Shown one piece after another: positions 12,484 through 25,700 of a stretch of DNA of 64,000 nt (position 1 is its first letter; the number at the start of each line of letters is the position of its first letter). This stretch comes from Trichinella spiralis (taxonomy: Eukaryota): assembly GCF_000181795.1 (NCBI RefSeq), contig NW_003526943.1, forward strand, positions 9,718,849 through 9,782,848, given 5' to 3'. Below the pieces are notes generated by a model. That model was given only the letters and a program-made list of their open reading frames with translations, was not told the origin of the DNA and ran no database searches. Made by a program: the position numbers and the translations under genes.

Positions 12484-13429
12484 ATTGATCTAGTTTTGAT
12501 TGACGGTTATCGTGCAACAGGGTGAAAGTCGGAAATTCGAACGTATATGACTTTCCCGCCTTTCACTACGAACAAAGATACAGTCCACTAAGATCGCGAG
12601 CGAGAGAACCCGTTTCGCTCGTTACACCAATAAGAGAATGCTGCAATCGGGGAGAAAATACACCTAATTTCAGCATTTAAGTTGCATCTATAGCAGTATA
12701 TAGTATGTTGCTCACATGCATATGTTTATTGCCTACGAATGGTAATTTATTGACTGGACTGAAGATTCAGTTATTTACATCTTTCAAAAATAATACAAGT
12801 GCATGAATTTTCATTAATGTTGATCAGCGACAGCAATGTTTTAGCGAGAGCAACGGATCGCCATATAAACAAACAGCAAACGGAAAGTAGGAAAATTCAA
12901 AAAAAGTTATGACGTATCACAGTTGATCAATCAGGAAGTGTCTCACGCCCATGTGAACGATCAAGGGATAGTATTTGTTTACATGCATATATAACATTAT
13001 TTATATTAAAAAACTGAAATATATTATGTATTATTGCAATAAATTATTTCATAATATGTAAATAAATAATCTTTTTCATATTATGAAGCAGTTATTGCAA
13101 TAAAAAATAGCATAAACAGCAAAATACAATAAATTGCATATTGCCCTATATTTTTTGAATCAATGTACATGCATTTAGTTATTTTCTACTGTAGAAATTA
13201 AGGTGTCAATGTTATTCGTTGCTGTTATTTCATAAAGTAATTGTGATTTTGTTATAAAATATTTTTTTACATTGGGTTTTGTCGTTATTCAGTGATCGGT
13301 TTGTTTAGCTGCTTTCATATTATTCCTACTGCTTTAAAATTTCTAATCAGTTTCAAACTTTTTAAGATAACTGTTTTCTTTTAAATGTTTGTCTTGTTTT
13401 TTGTGTTATCTAATGTTTATAGTTTTAGG

Positions 13430-14270
13430 ATGTCATTGGTAGAAATTCAAAAAGTAGACGTTCTGAATAATCCTGGAACATTTTTCACGCCTTTCAAATT
13501 CGGCATAACATTGCTCTGTCATGAAGATTTACCACATGGTAGTATTTATACTATGTTATCAGAATATATTTTATTGGAAAGTGGTTTGTTTTAGATTTAG
13601 AATTTACGCTGACATTTATTGGCTCGCCGGATACTCATGCTTACGACCAAGAACTAGAAACTGTGCTTGTTGGTCCAATTAAAGAAGGGTTTAAAAAATT
13701 TTTTTTTGAGGTATTGTTTCTGTATTGCTGTATGTCTAAAGCATTTCGCCAATGTGCATGTTTTTACCAAAAGCATAAGTCTTATGTTAAGTCTATGTCT
13801 AGACTGATCCTCCTGATCCAACAAAAATACCCGCAACAGAAGCAGCCGGTGTGTCTGTAATTCTGCTTTCCGTCTCTTACAGGGAACAAATATTTGTGAA
13901 AATAGGCTATTACGTGTCTCATTTTTATGCTGACGTTGAACTGAGTGAGAATCCTCCTTTGGAACCAAAATTTCAAGAGGTAATTCCTTTTTACATTTTA
14001 TATTATAGTTTATATAGTTGAAAGGCTTTTTTTATGCAGCTGAGCCGTCTTATACTGATAACTGACGTCCCTAGAATTACCAAATACGTTATTGACTGGA
14101 CTAAAGATTCAGGTGAAGCTACTTCCAATGATATGGAATGTACAATGGACGCACCTGTAGAAGAAACCGCAGTCGATAATGAGAAAATGGATACGATTTT
14201 TCATCATTTACCAATTGCAGCAGATTTAATGCAAAACGATGTGGATGTCGCTGACAGTGACATGCATTAA
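13430..14270 (+). CDS. ASF1: Histone chaperone ASF1; exons about 13430-13538, 13594-13710, 13804-13979, 14039-14270
   Basis: MSLVEIQKVDVLNNPGTFFTPFKFGIT, DQELETVLVGP, GYYV, PRITKYVIDW, followed by an acidic tail. Confidence 0.93.
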
Positions 14271-14986
14271 TGTGCTTAATATTATGTATTTTTCTTGAGT
14301 GCATTTGGGCACTATTTAGCATCAAAATTAATGTAAATAATGTCGAAGAATTTCAGTTTTACTCTGCATCATAATTGACACAGTGTAGATGAAGTGATCA
14401 TATTATTATCGAAATTAAAAGCTGTTTTTCAGTGTTTGTTTGATATATTACTGCTTTTAATAAAATACGATAATTGTGTGTCAACTGATTTATTTATATT
14501 ATAGTACTGATTTGTAATGGTATCAAAAATGCTATATTTGTCAATAAATATCTGTAACTTTTTTCAGAGAATGATTTTCCAAATTCTTGCGCACACTCAG
14601 TCTTAATCTCAAAATCTAATATATCTTAATATTATTTATTATTAATTTTATTACTTATTAGTAATAATATCTATTATATATTGAAGTATCTTAATCATTT
14701 TTAATCTCAAAAAAGCATCAATTTTATGGATTTGCGCTCAAAAACACATGCATATGTACCTTTATTAACAATCTATGCTAATAAATAAAGACAAGTACAT
14801 TTATCGTGAGTTTAAATCATATTTTACGTATCACCGTTGTTTTTACTTGAAAAATGCGCTTCGTAATAAATTCTGAAAATCTAACTACACATAAAGCAAA
14901 TAATACAAGTCCACATACACACAAGAATAAGATATCACAATGCACCGTCATTCCATCATTCGGATTTTCATTCGTTATCAGATTTT

Positions 14987-16053
14987 TCATATCGCTTCTT
15001 TATTTTTGGGACGTTCGGACGATCTCCACGACAATCCGGACAATACCATTTCCCTCTTGGCTTCGACAAAACATTCACGCATTTGAAATGAAACCACTGA
15101 TATTGGCAATCTTCTCCATCGCAAGCAACCATAGAATCTTGCATGACCTGATTAACGTTTCATGTGATATTTTAAAAACAATAATAATAATAATAATAAC
15201 AATTACTACCTTCTGGCATATACAATACACCGGATCAACTTTTGGAATCGACAAATCCACGGGAAATTCATCACTTTGCTCTTTTAAGTATGACATTTTA
15301 ATGTACTCGTCCTCGTCATCGGATATTTCGAGCGGAACACAAAATTCATAATCTTCATCCTCATATTCATCATCATAATCGTCGTCTTCTTCGTCCTCTA
15401 ACTCATCTTCATCATCATCAACCACAACAAAGTCATGGAGTGCCTCATCCCACTGAAGTTTTGGACTTACACTGCGAACAGGTTCAGTTGGAACAGGCAA
15501 AACAGAATCTTCAATTGTTAACGAGTCGTCGTCCATAAATTCCAAATTATTCTGATTCTCGCGTGCTTCTTCCCTTTGGGCATTGATCACTATAAACACA
15601 TTGAGATTTACAGTATCTAAAATTACGTATTGAATTCATACTTCGTGTAGCTTTTTGATACATGCTAATTGATGTATCACAGATATCCTTAATACCATTC
15701 GCCAGAATCAATTTCTTTGAGTTAAGATCATCCAAACGAGTAAACAATGAATAAAGTTCTCCACGTTTACGCGTTTTAGTTTCTTCGGACAATGGAGCGC
15801 CATTTTCGTCAACTCCAGTGTTATACAAAGAAACAGCAATTCTAAGTATTTCTTGCAACAAAGCTAAAAAAGTAAAGTACATTAGGAAATATTCTCTCTT
15901 TCAATTATTTTTCATACGCTCAATTTGGGCGTTCACGTGGTGCATTTTCTCCTCTTGTTCAGCAATTATGCAAGGCAAATGTTGCAGATATTCGACAAAT
16001 AACTGATTTGAACCGACAAAATCAACTTCATCGCCTGAATCGTTGAAAATCAT
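14987..16053 (-). CDS. ING-family (inhibitor of growth) PHD-finger protein, 4 coding exons
   Basis: N-terminal FVEYLQHLP and KKLILA ING helical motifs, an acidic tract, and spliced PHD PVYCICQK|VMQDSMVACDGEDCQYQWFHFKCVNVLSKPRGKWYCPDC. Confidence 0.85.
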
Positions 16054-16593
16054 TTCACCTAAAAACAACATTTTAGGGTATGAATACACCAAGCTGCATA
16101 AGAACATAAAACATAACATTTTAAATAAAAAGAAAACACATATTTCCTTAAAGTAAAACAAAACATATTACGTTAAAAATAATCATAAACAAATAAATTG
16201 ATAAAAAAAATTTAAAACCTTACCACATCAAAAACGATAATAGGTACTACAAGTTATTGATGATCAAGATGAATATACAGTATAATGAGCTTGGAGAAAG
16301 CTTTGGCTGTATTGAATGGGACAATTAAATTTAGAAGATGCAACGGGTTTTTTTTTGTTTCAAATGGATACTTTGAACAAAAATACAAACTAAATGTATT
16401 CAGCAGGTGTTATTTTTTTTAGTTTAATGCCACACACATGATTACAGATTGCTCATATTATTCATTTCATATACTCCTATTTTTATTTTTAATTATTTTA
16501 TAAATAATATATAAGTGAAAATTTTAAATTATAGAACTGAAAAATTTTTTGAAAATACAATTTTTATTAACATAAAATTATAAAACATAAATT

Positions 16594-17310
16594 TCACGCT
16601 TCTTCTACAGATTCCTGTTCAATTTTTACGTCAGCAAAATCAACTTCATCAGCTAAAGGTTTTCTGATAATTCCATTCTTTTCACGCTTTCGCTTTAATG
16701 CAGGTGGACAGCATGCAATTTGTGCAGTACCATCAGCTATACGATTTATGATTTCCGCTTCAACCATTGCACCAGGTTCCTTAAATTATATGAAACTCGT
16801 AAAATAAAATAAAATTGAAGCAATTATGATTATGCTGAAACATTACCTGATCTGGAATTTCGAGAAAAAAGTCACTAAATTTTACTCCATGTTTTTCCAG
16901 TCTTTCAATGAGCCGGCTAAAGTAAATACATTTAATTTACCGCAAAAAAACAGAAAGTGCAAAAAATGAAAAAATGCTACAAAGTTGATTTCTGCAAATC
17001 GCATATAATTAGACCAAGTATCAATTAACATGCTGCAAATTCCTGCAACAGCATTAACAGTTACAATGAAAACTGTCATTACTGATTTTGAAAATACTTA
17101 CTTTTTTACCTTCATATGATCATAAATTTGGGCCTTGATGTTCAATATACGATTTAATATTCGATGATTACTCTAAAATTTGAAAAGTAAAAAGTGTTAC
17201 TGAAATTGGTGCTCACTAACTCTATCCAGTTGATCGTATTGCTCTTTAAGAAGTTCGTATTTTATCCTGTATTTTTTTTCTGAAGAAGAAGAATCAGTAC
17301 CATCCGACAT
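16594..17310 (-). CDS. TFPT/Amida (INO80 subunit F)-like coiled-coil protein with an apparent 1-nt frameshift near 16880
   Basis: Spliced translation KYELLKEQYDQLDRSNHRILNRILNIKAQIYDHMKVKNRLIERLEKHG resembles the TFPT coiled-coil (KY..L......EQ.NER.LNRL......RFLMRVLDSYG, recalled from memory). The last exon has an NLS-like LKRKR. Confidence 0.6.
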
Positions 17311-17868
17311 TTCAATTGACTCATACCAACCAATTCGCATCTCTTTATTGTATTACCGTAATAATTGCATACTGTATTACTTTTAGATGAATTATTTTCA
17401 ATTACCTTTATGATTATTTATGCTTAATACTGTAGATAAATAAAAAAAGAATAAATTAGTATATATATATATATATTAATTGATGAGATATTTAATAATA
17501 AACTGAAACAAAGGATTGTAAATTGCAGTTTTATCAAAAAAATTTTAATTCAAAATTTATTTAGATATAATTTTAAAATTTAATCATTTAATAAAGAATA
17601 TTACGTATTATTAAAGTTTTATTAAAATGTAATTAGATTGATCTTGATTATGCTTAAAATACTCTGTAACTTGTTGTCAAAATATTAAGTGAAGGTGATA
17701 TGTTGCTGTTGACTTTGTTAGCACAAAGAATGTTATTTTGACTTTATTCGTCGTTTGCGAAATGTTAAAAAGTGGCATAAACTGTTGTTATTATAGATTT
17801 CAATATGCCTGATTGAGCATTACGTTGTCTGCTTCTTTCTCTTATTTATTTATTTGACATATTTCAGG

Positions 17869-19971
17869 ATGATTTCTGCATTTCAACACAACTTGAAAAA
17901 TTCATGGCGTTTTTATTCTTCTATGGGATCGTTTTTAAATCAAAATTTGGCACTAGATTGGAAAACTTCTGAAAGTGGTTCACAAAAAGCGCCGTTTAAA
18001 AATCATTACAACTATGATTTGTCGGTATGTGTTCCCTTTTGCCAAAAAAGTTTTAGTTTAATTTCAGTTTTTATTATTTAGGCAAATCGTCTACAGTCTG
18101 GCTTATTGACCGTCAATTGTGATATTTCCAGCCCATTGAGTTACGTGACTTTGGCTTTCAGAGCTGGTACTAGATACGAGAATTTAAAAACAAGAGGTTT
18201 GGTCCATCGTCTGCAAGCTTCAATCGGACAAGTGATGCTGTTTTGGGTTCGATGTTTCAAAATTGCATTGAATTTGTTGCTTTTTCTTTTTTCAAGGAAA
18301 CGGAAAATTGCTCTGCTGTTAGATTGAGCTATTGTTTGGCGCAGTTGGGTGCTCAAGTGCGTACATCATATACCCGTGATTGCTTTGCGTTTCATCTTGT
18401 TTGCACCAGGGATAAATTGTATGCTATGAGTGATTTTATTTTTGATAATTTACATTATTTTTGAATTTAACTTTTTTAAAAAAATATCTCAAATTTAGGC
18501 CGTATGCACTGAATTATTTCAATGAAGCAATCAGTGGGACGCTGATCCATGATTGGACTATGGAAAATACGAACGAGCAGTTGTATGTTGACCGACAGCT
18601 TTTCTATGACGACCCTTGTTCATGTTAGTAGTTTTTGTTTCGTTATAAATTTATACAGCTTTCTCAATTTAGTAATTTAAAATTTATTTAAATTTTATTT
18701 TACGAGATCATTTTGATTTTTATTATTCTTTGATTTATCTTCAAAGAAGTGTATATTTTGGCCTCGTTATTGGTAATGATTTTGTTGAATTTTTACTGAT
18801 TGAAAGGCCATATAGTATATTTAAAGCACAACGGTCCCAGAAAGGCAAGCTTTCTCTGGATTTCCCGTGCTTTATACATTTATATTAAAAAAATGAATTC
18901 AGTGTTCTGTATTTATATTTCAGATGCAGTTGATTTAGTTCATCGTGTTGCTTATTCAACGTCGACTCTTGGTTATAGTCTACATTGCCCTAAATGGGCG
19001 GTAAGCAAACATTCATCCGTGCAGATTGGATCATTCATTGCTAATCACTTGACGTGTGATGGGACTGTTGTTGTTGGCGTTGGCACTGATGCAAATCTTT
19101 TGGATGAATTTAGTAATGAAAAGCTGAAATTATCAAATAAGAAACAGTCCGAATTGCCAATTGCTGTTTACACGGGTGGTGTACTTGTTGAACTTTCTCC
19201 TGGAAGGTCCGCTTGTGTAGCTGTGGCAGGCGAAGGAACAGAGTGAGTGTTTTTTGATATCATTTTTGAGAAATTAAAATTTATATTTTAGTATCAAAGA
19301 TACATCTTCTGTAGCAACTCAGCTTGTATTCAGTGCATTATTTGGCAATGCGAGCGAGTTCAGCACGGATTCATCCGTTACCTCTCCTTTGAAAAGAGCT
19401 GTTGAATCCGTAGCATCGTACGAAGTTATGGTACATTGAATAACGTGACGTTACAATTAATTATTGATTTGAAAAAAATTTATTTCTTTACAGGGTTCAT
19501 GCTTCAATTATTTTTATTCGGATACAGGACTTTTTGGAGTGTGTTTGAAATGCAATCCAGCCGATACAGATGTTGTATTGAAATCTGCGGTAGCGGAATT
19601 GAAAAAATTAGCCAGAGGAAGACCTGAAGAAGGAAAATTGAAAGCAGCTAAAGCGTTGGTTAAGCGAAAATTTCTGGACGATTCGGAAAATTTGGATTAT
19701 TTTTGCTCCGAATTAGCTTACCAAGCTTGCAGCTCTGATGGCGTCAAATTCATCACACCGGCATCATTTTGCAAATTAATCGATTCCGTCTCGGCTTCCG
19801 ATTTACAAACGGTAAAAAGCGGCGGATTTTTCACTCAACATATTTTTTTTGTTAATTTTTATTATTACATTTTCCATTTAGTTTACCAGCAAATTGTTTT
19901 CCAAACCACTTACGGTGATTTCCTGCGGACGAACAGAAGCAATGCCATTCATTCACGAATTGATCCGCTAA
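17869..19971 (+). CDS. UQCRC2: Cytochrome bc1 complex core protein 2 (inactive M16 peptidase family)
   Basis: AFRAGTRYE, GLVHRL (degenerate HxxEH), VHRVAY...LGYSLHCP, VAVAGEG, SDTGLFG, KLKAAKA, with a mitochondrial presequence ending WRFYSS. Confidence 0.85.
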
Positions 19972-20208
19972 AATTCTAATTAGCAAAGATATACATACAT
20001 ACATACATGCATAGCTAGCTTGGATTTGTATCTGTAATTTTCACATACAGAACAAGAAAAGTTCATTTTAATTTTTCATTTCAATTTAGTTGAAAATATT
20101 AAAAAAAATATTTTTCTTCTGTTTGTTTGAAAAATTTTATTTGAATTAATTAGTAGCATCAGTCATTAATTAAAACAAAAAAAAAGATAAATAAATAAAT
20201 AATAAAAA

Positions 20209-21730
20209 CTATTGGAGAAATTCTAAATCCATTTCGCTGAATCGCATCTTTTTTTCGTACGTAACTTGATTTTTGTCAAGTTGATCATAAGCCCAGTTGA
20301 TGTAAAGCAATAAATCTTCCATGGCTGTTGGAGCACGTGGAATATCGATATCTTTGGGGTTGAAGATCGACGTGAACACGTTACTCAGGAGCTGTAATGG
20401 AAAAAACAAACAAACAATTAATTATATGAATTTTATTTATTGCGTTGAATAAAAGTTTTAATAAGCCAACATTTAAAAAAAGCTAGCTGGTTACCTTTTG
20501 CCTTTGAGTAGGTTTCGTCATGTCAGCGAAGGGGCAGTTTTCAGGATCGTCGTAGGCAAGAAGTGCGCAGCTACGTTCTATTTGTGCTAACATCTCGCTG
20601 TTGGTTTCAATTTTGGGCGAGATGTTGAACTGCGCAAAGTCCAACGCTTCGGCTACGCGTTTCTCTTTCAACAGTTCAATAAATTCTTGGTGCTGAAGGA
20701 GAAGAAAAAAAATTAAAATAATTAAAAATTGAATAAACAATCACCACAAAAAACTCATTCAAATCAAATTTACCAACAAATGAAAGTGCAAATATTGATC
20801 GTTGTCGAGCAGTTCTGGATCGTAGTCGTTCAAAATGCGCGTCGCTTCTCGAATTCTGCCGGACAAAATTTCATTTTCCACTTTCGGTAATGTTTCTATT
20901 TTCTTGGCCAAATCTCCAAGCTGACTTTCCACCACTGGCGATTCTTCGAAAAGCTTTCCCGCAGCATTCAAATATCCTCCTACAAAGTAGATATTTTGTA
21001 AAGAATTTGAAAAAGATATTCAACCACTGCTTTACCAACCAACAGAAACAACAAAACTAATAGTCCATGTGAATGTTAAAATTTGCTTGCTAGATTAGCG
21101 CTAAAATAACTCACACATAACAAACAACTACTGCTATATACATATATATTCATCATACGACAGAACAAATTACTTTTTTTCATATTTAATCTCCTTAAGT
21201 TTCAGGAAATTTATATCGTTATAAATGTTCTGATTAAAGAGACTGAAAAATTAACAAATCATAAAATTAAAATCTTTTCCATGATGCAATAAATTATGAA
21301 TAAAAAACAAACAATACAAGGTGACATCATGCAAATAACATGTTTCACCAAAAGCAAAGTTCTGAAGCGTAAATTTCAGTTTCAACGCAACATGTAACAT
21401 TTTAAAGTAAAGATGTATCAAAAATTTTCAAAAAAATAGGATAGCAACCACAAAAAACACCCTCAGAGATCAACAGAAATATAGCTGATAAATTAAAATA
21501 GTTGCATTTTTAAGTTAACTGTATGATAAAGAAGACAAAACAGTCGTTTGCGAACAAAAATAACTGCATACAATAGATGAAAACGATCATCTGATAGATT
21601 TAAATGTATATGTATGTTTTGAAAGTATTAAATTATTTGTATTATTCGGCATACCTTTCACCAGATATTCTCCTACGACCACATTCAAACAAGTATTACT
21701 AAGCCTGGGCTTTTTAACTTGCTTACCCAT
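20209..21730 (-). CDS. GID8: CTLH/GID complex subunit GID8 (TWA1), LisH-CTLH-CRA; 4 exons
   Basis: LNVVVGEYLVKGGYLNAA (LisH), ILSGRIREATRILNDYDPELLDNDQYLHFHL, EALDFAQ, ALLAYDDPENCPF, QRQK. Confidence 0.88.
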
Positions 21731-22755
21731 TTATTGCTACTAGAAAATGATAAAATAGAAAGAGCAAAGTAAACGCAATACAGTATTCTAATGCAATATT
21801 CTAGTATAATTACGGACAATGATTTGTATTACGTACAAAAAAATTTTTTCGCTTAATTCAATAAACTTATTTAGATTTAATATTTTTCTTTTACTGTACT
21901 GCGCGGCATCACTTGCTAATTAATCTGAATAATTTGAATAAGTTTAGTAAAATAAAAATTATAGTTGAAAAAAAAGCTTGCGCAAAATAAAAAAAATATT
22001 AAGATAATTTTAATGCTTGGAAATTAATTTGCGCATTGTCATATAATTTGTATGCTAGAACAAAATGAAGAAAATGGGAAAATGAAAAAAAAGTTGATCC
22101 GCAATTTATCAAATCAATTTGCATTGATATTAAGTAAATTATTTTCACAGAAATATTATCATGCTACAAAATATAAGCAATATTGACATTTTCCATGCAT
22201 GATGATGACAAAATAATTTTAAAATACAAATAATTTTGTTAAATGTTTATATTTACTTGATTTTCAATTATCAATATGATGACAGTAAGACAAAATATAT
22301 GCAAATCTAGTCTTAACAGTCCTGACTCATTTTTGTTTAATTTTTTACAATAATGTTCAGTGTAATGATTTTACTTAAAATATTCAGCCAGTCAAAATAT
22401 TACAGGCATTGTGTTTGAACGTATTTTGTTGGAATCTGCCGGTATGCTCTCTTCTTGTTATTGTAATGTATTAGATTACTGACGTTCATAATTGCGTATG
22501 AATTGTAACCCTTGATTGAATAATTTTTCTTCAGTATGAAATATGAAGAATTGCTATATTTTAAATTTTATAATTAATTTCAACAGTGTTACTTGGCTTT
22601 GTGTTTGTCATTTTTCTATTTGGAAAAAATTTAATTTCACTTTTATTTCATAAGCTGTTCAGAAATATATAAAAGGAATAATTTTTAAAAAGAAGTTTTT
22701 CAACATTTAATTTTCAAGTTATATTTTTAGAATTGAGCCGTGACGCCGGGAAAGA

Positions 22756-25700
22756 ATGTGGAATTTGATGCGTTGTGATGTGATGCCAACGATTTCCGAA
22801 GATGGAGTTGACAATCCATTCGGCGCCGGGCAATCTACGAGTTCCGGTGAGTCTGCTTATCATATTCACTATTCGGCGTTTTAATCATAAATTGACTTCA
22901 TCTTGTAGCGAATATTTCCCAAAACGCAAAGGGATTCTTCACTTAGCAGGGATAATGTAGTCGCTCAGTTTTCAGAGAGAGAGAGAGAGATGGGAAAGAT
23001 GCTTTCGCGCAATGCGAAGCTAATTTTAGAGTAAATAAATGACATCTTTACGCTGAACGGTTTTCAAAGCCAGGATCAATGTTAAAAGGCCATTTCGGCT
23101 GTTTTGTTTTTATCATTTTTATTTGCTGTCGATTTTTTTTTCAAATGTCATTTTCACGTGTTTGTGAAAGCATTCCATGTCGACATTAATATCGATTTTG
23201 TTCCACTACATTTCCAGACCTATTCACCTCAAGTTCGGCAAACTTTGACTTTGTCTTTTGTTCTTGCTTTTTATTCAGCACAGAAAACAATCAACCTCTA
23301 GAATTTGCTCTCCTTGAGAGGCGTGGGGAGAGATGGGGGGGGGGGGGAATAGAAAGAGAATCGTTTTCTCGTCCGGGAAGCTATTTCAATAATGCAAGCG
23401 GACGTTTGCCGTAAATATGAACATGCTTTTGCCTCATTATTCACAACGTTCTTGAAACAATTGCGCGCCTCATCTAATTTAACGATTTGTGGCCCTAACG
23501 CTTTGCACGTTTTGCCGGGCCGGCGATCGCCTCGGCTTGCTTGCTTACTTCCGCAGCCGAGCTGTTAGTTTGATAAATTTATGACAAATTGGAAAAGCAA
23601 AAAAAATTATATTTTTGATTGTCATCATTTAATGACATTTTCAACAAAAAATATACTAATATATTCCACAAAAAATATTTATTTATCCAGTTGTATTATA
23701 AATTTACAACTTGTACGTCATTTTCAAGCGAGTATAAAAGCTGCAACTTAGTAGATGAAGGTTTAAAACAAAAATATTTAATTATAAATTTTATTTTTTA
23801 CACGTAAACAAGTCAGTATTCATTTAGTAGTGTATTTCAATTTCTATTTGTTATATGTGAAAATTGAAATTTGAGATGGCAAAATGAATACATTGACTTG
23901 ACTTTTTTTTACTGTATTTGTGCTCTATTTCACTTACTTTTTAAATTTATTCTGTGAAATTGAAGTTCAACTGACTAGAGGTGCTCGAAAAGGAGTAAAC
24001 AAAATTCAATTCAACAAAATTTCTGCAATTTATTTTTGATTTTATTAATTCGGATATATATTATTCCATTCAATGGACATCGTATAATTGAATATATTTT
24101 TCATGTACAAGGTATTATTCCCTTTTTTATATTAATATTTCTTTTACTTTTCTAATTTTTTTTGATTATTTTCTCCATATTTTGAATGTTTTTTACATTA
24201 TATAGTATATATTTATTTTTGAATTTTAAAGTAATCACTTGATTTAATTAATGCTATCAGGTTGCAGTTATATTGTTTAAAATTTTTTACTATATCAAAT
24301 TCACTTTTAGTTTTTTTTTGAATTCAAAAGATTTGTATTTTGATGAAAATGCATTTCTGTTTATTTCTTCACTTGTTTCATGAAACTTTTCTTCCATTAC
24401 AAGTTGAACGTTGACTTATTTTAATATTTATGAAAATGAAAAATCAATGGAATTATTCATAATTTCATTTGGCATTTTTGTAAATATTTAATCTTGAAAA
24501 AAAATGAAAATTTTATTATTGTGGTTCGCGTTTTGGCAGATGTGTAAAATTGTATGAGTTTTCACGAGGGTTATTTTAAACATTTTTTTAAAATAAATGA
24601 TAAATATTCATATTGTTTTTCAAAAAGTGAGAATTATCGTTACCTTAGTAATGAATTCATTAATCAGGTAAAAGTTTACGCATAAATCGGCAAATTTTAT
24701 TGTCGTATAAAAGGTAATTGTTTCATTACATTTAGAGAATAATGTTTTATCTCATGGAAAAAGCTGTAGTTATTTTTAGCAAAATTAACTCGATTCATTT
24801 AATTTATTATATAATGATTTAATTATTGGGATAATTTAACGAAGCAGAAGGCTAATGATAATAGGGTAGGTTTTTTTTTCTTGAAATATTTCCATTTGTG
24901 TGATATTTTGCTGTGCTCGTCTGGTAAAATTGTATTGCTCTTCAAATTATGGATGTAATTAATTTAATTTGATTTCGATGTTGATTTGATAATTTGTCTC
25001 CTTTTCAATAATAGAACAATGATTTTGAAGTGCAGTATTTAACAATAAGCATTTGTAATATTTAAAAAATTTCAGAAAGAAATATATTTTATTTTAAACT
25101 TTTTCTTCGGTCGATAATTTAATTAACGATCTCGTTGGTGATTAATTTACCTTATCTGGATGGAATTTTTGTTCATCGCTGTCACGTCTTTTCTAATTTA
25201 TTTACTTGCTTAAGCGTCAGAATTGGTCGAATTGATTTAGAAACGTCGTTTCCGTGTACCGCTGAAGCTGAAGCGGATGCTGATGTGTAGAAAAGCTCAA
25301 GCTGCAGCTTGCTATATATATATATATATATGCACAATGCACGGTGACACAGCGATAAGTTGCCCCATTGCTTACTTGCACCTCGACTGCGGCTGAGGTT
25401 CTTGTATACACGCCATTTGGCCTCTCTGTTGGTGGTGGAATTATTGATTTCAATTTCCATTGTTCAGCATTTCACTTGTTTTGACTCTCATTGAGAAGAG
25501 TCGGCCGTAGCATTGTCATCTGCATTATTTTATTCTAGCGTAAGAAGGAAAAAGTTGATCCATCTGCATTGGTGAAATTTACAAAACAGTTTTATACAAA
25601 ATGAATAAAGATATATATAGAAATTTGCATAAATGAATAAATAATTTACGTTGTGGTTGAATTGGACAAAAATTAAAAGTGGTCGATGTTGTTTTATTGG

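Noticed and set aside
25182..25460. Minus-strand ORFs in liprin-alpha intron 1
   Set aside because: Interrupted by a (TA)n microsatellite and no recognisable motifs. More likely regulatory or degenerate sequence.
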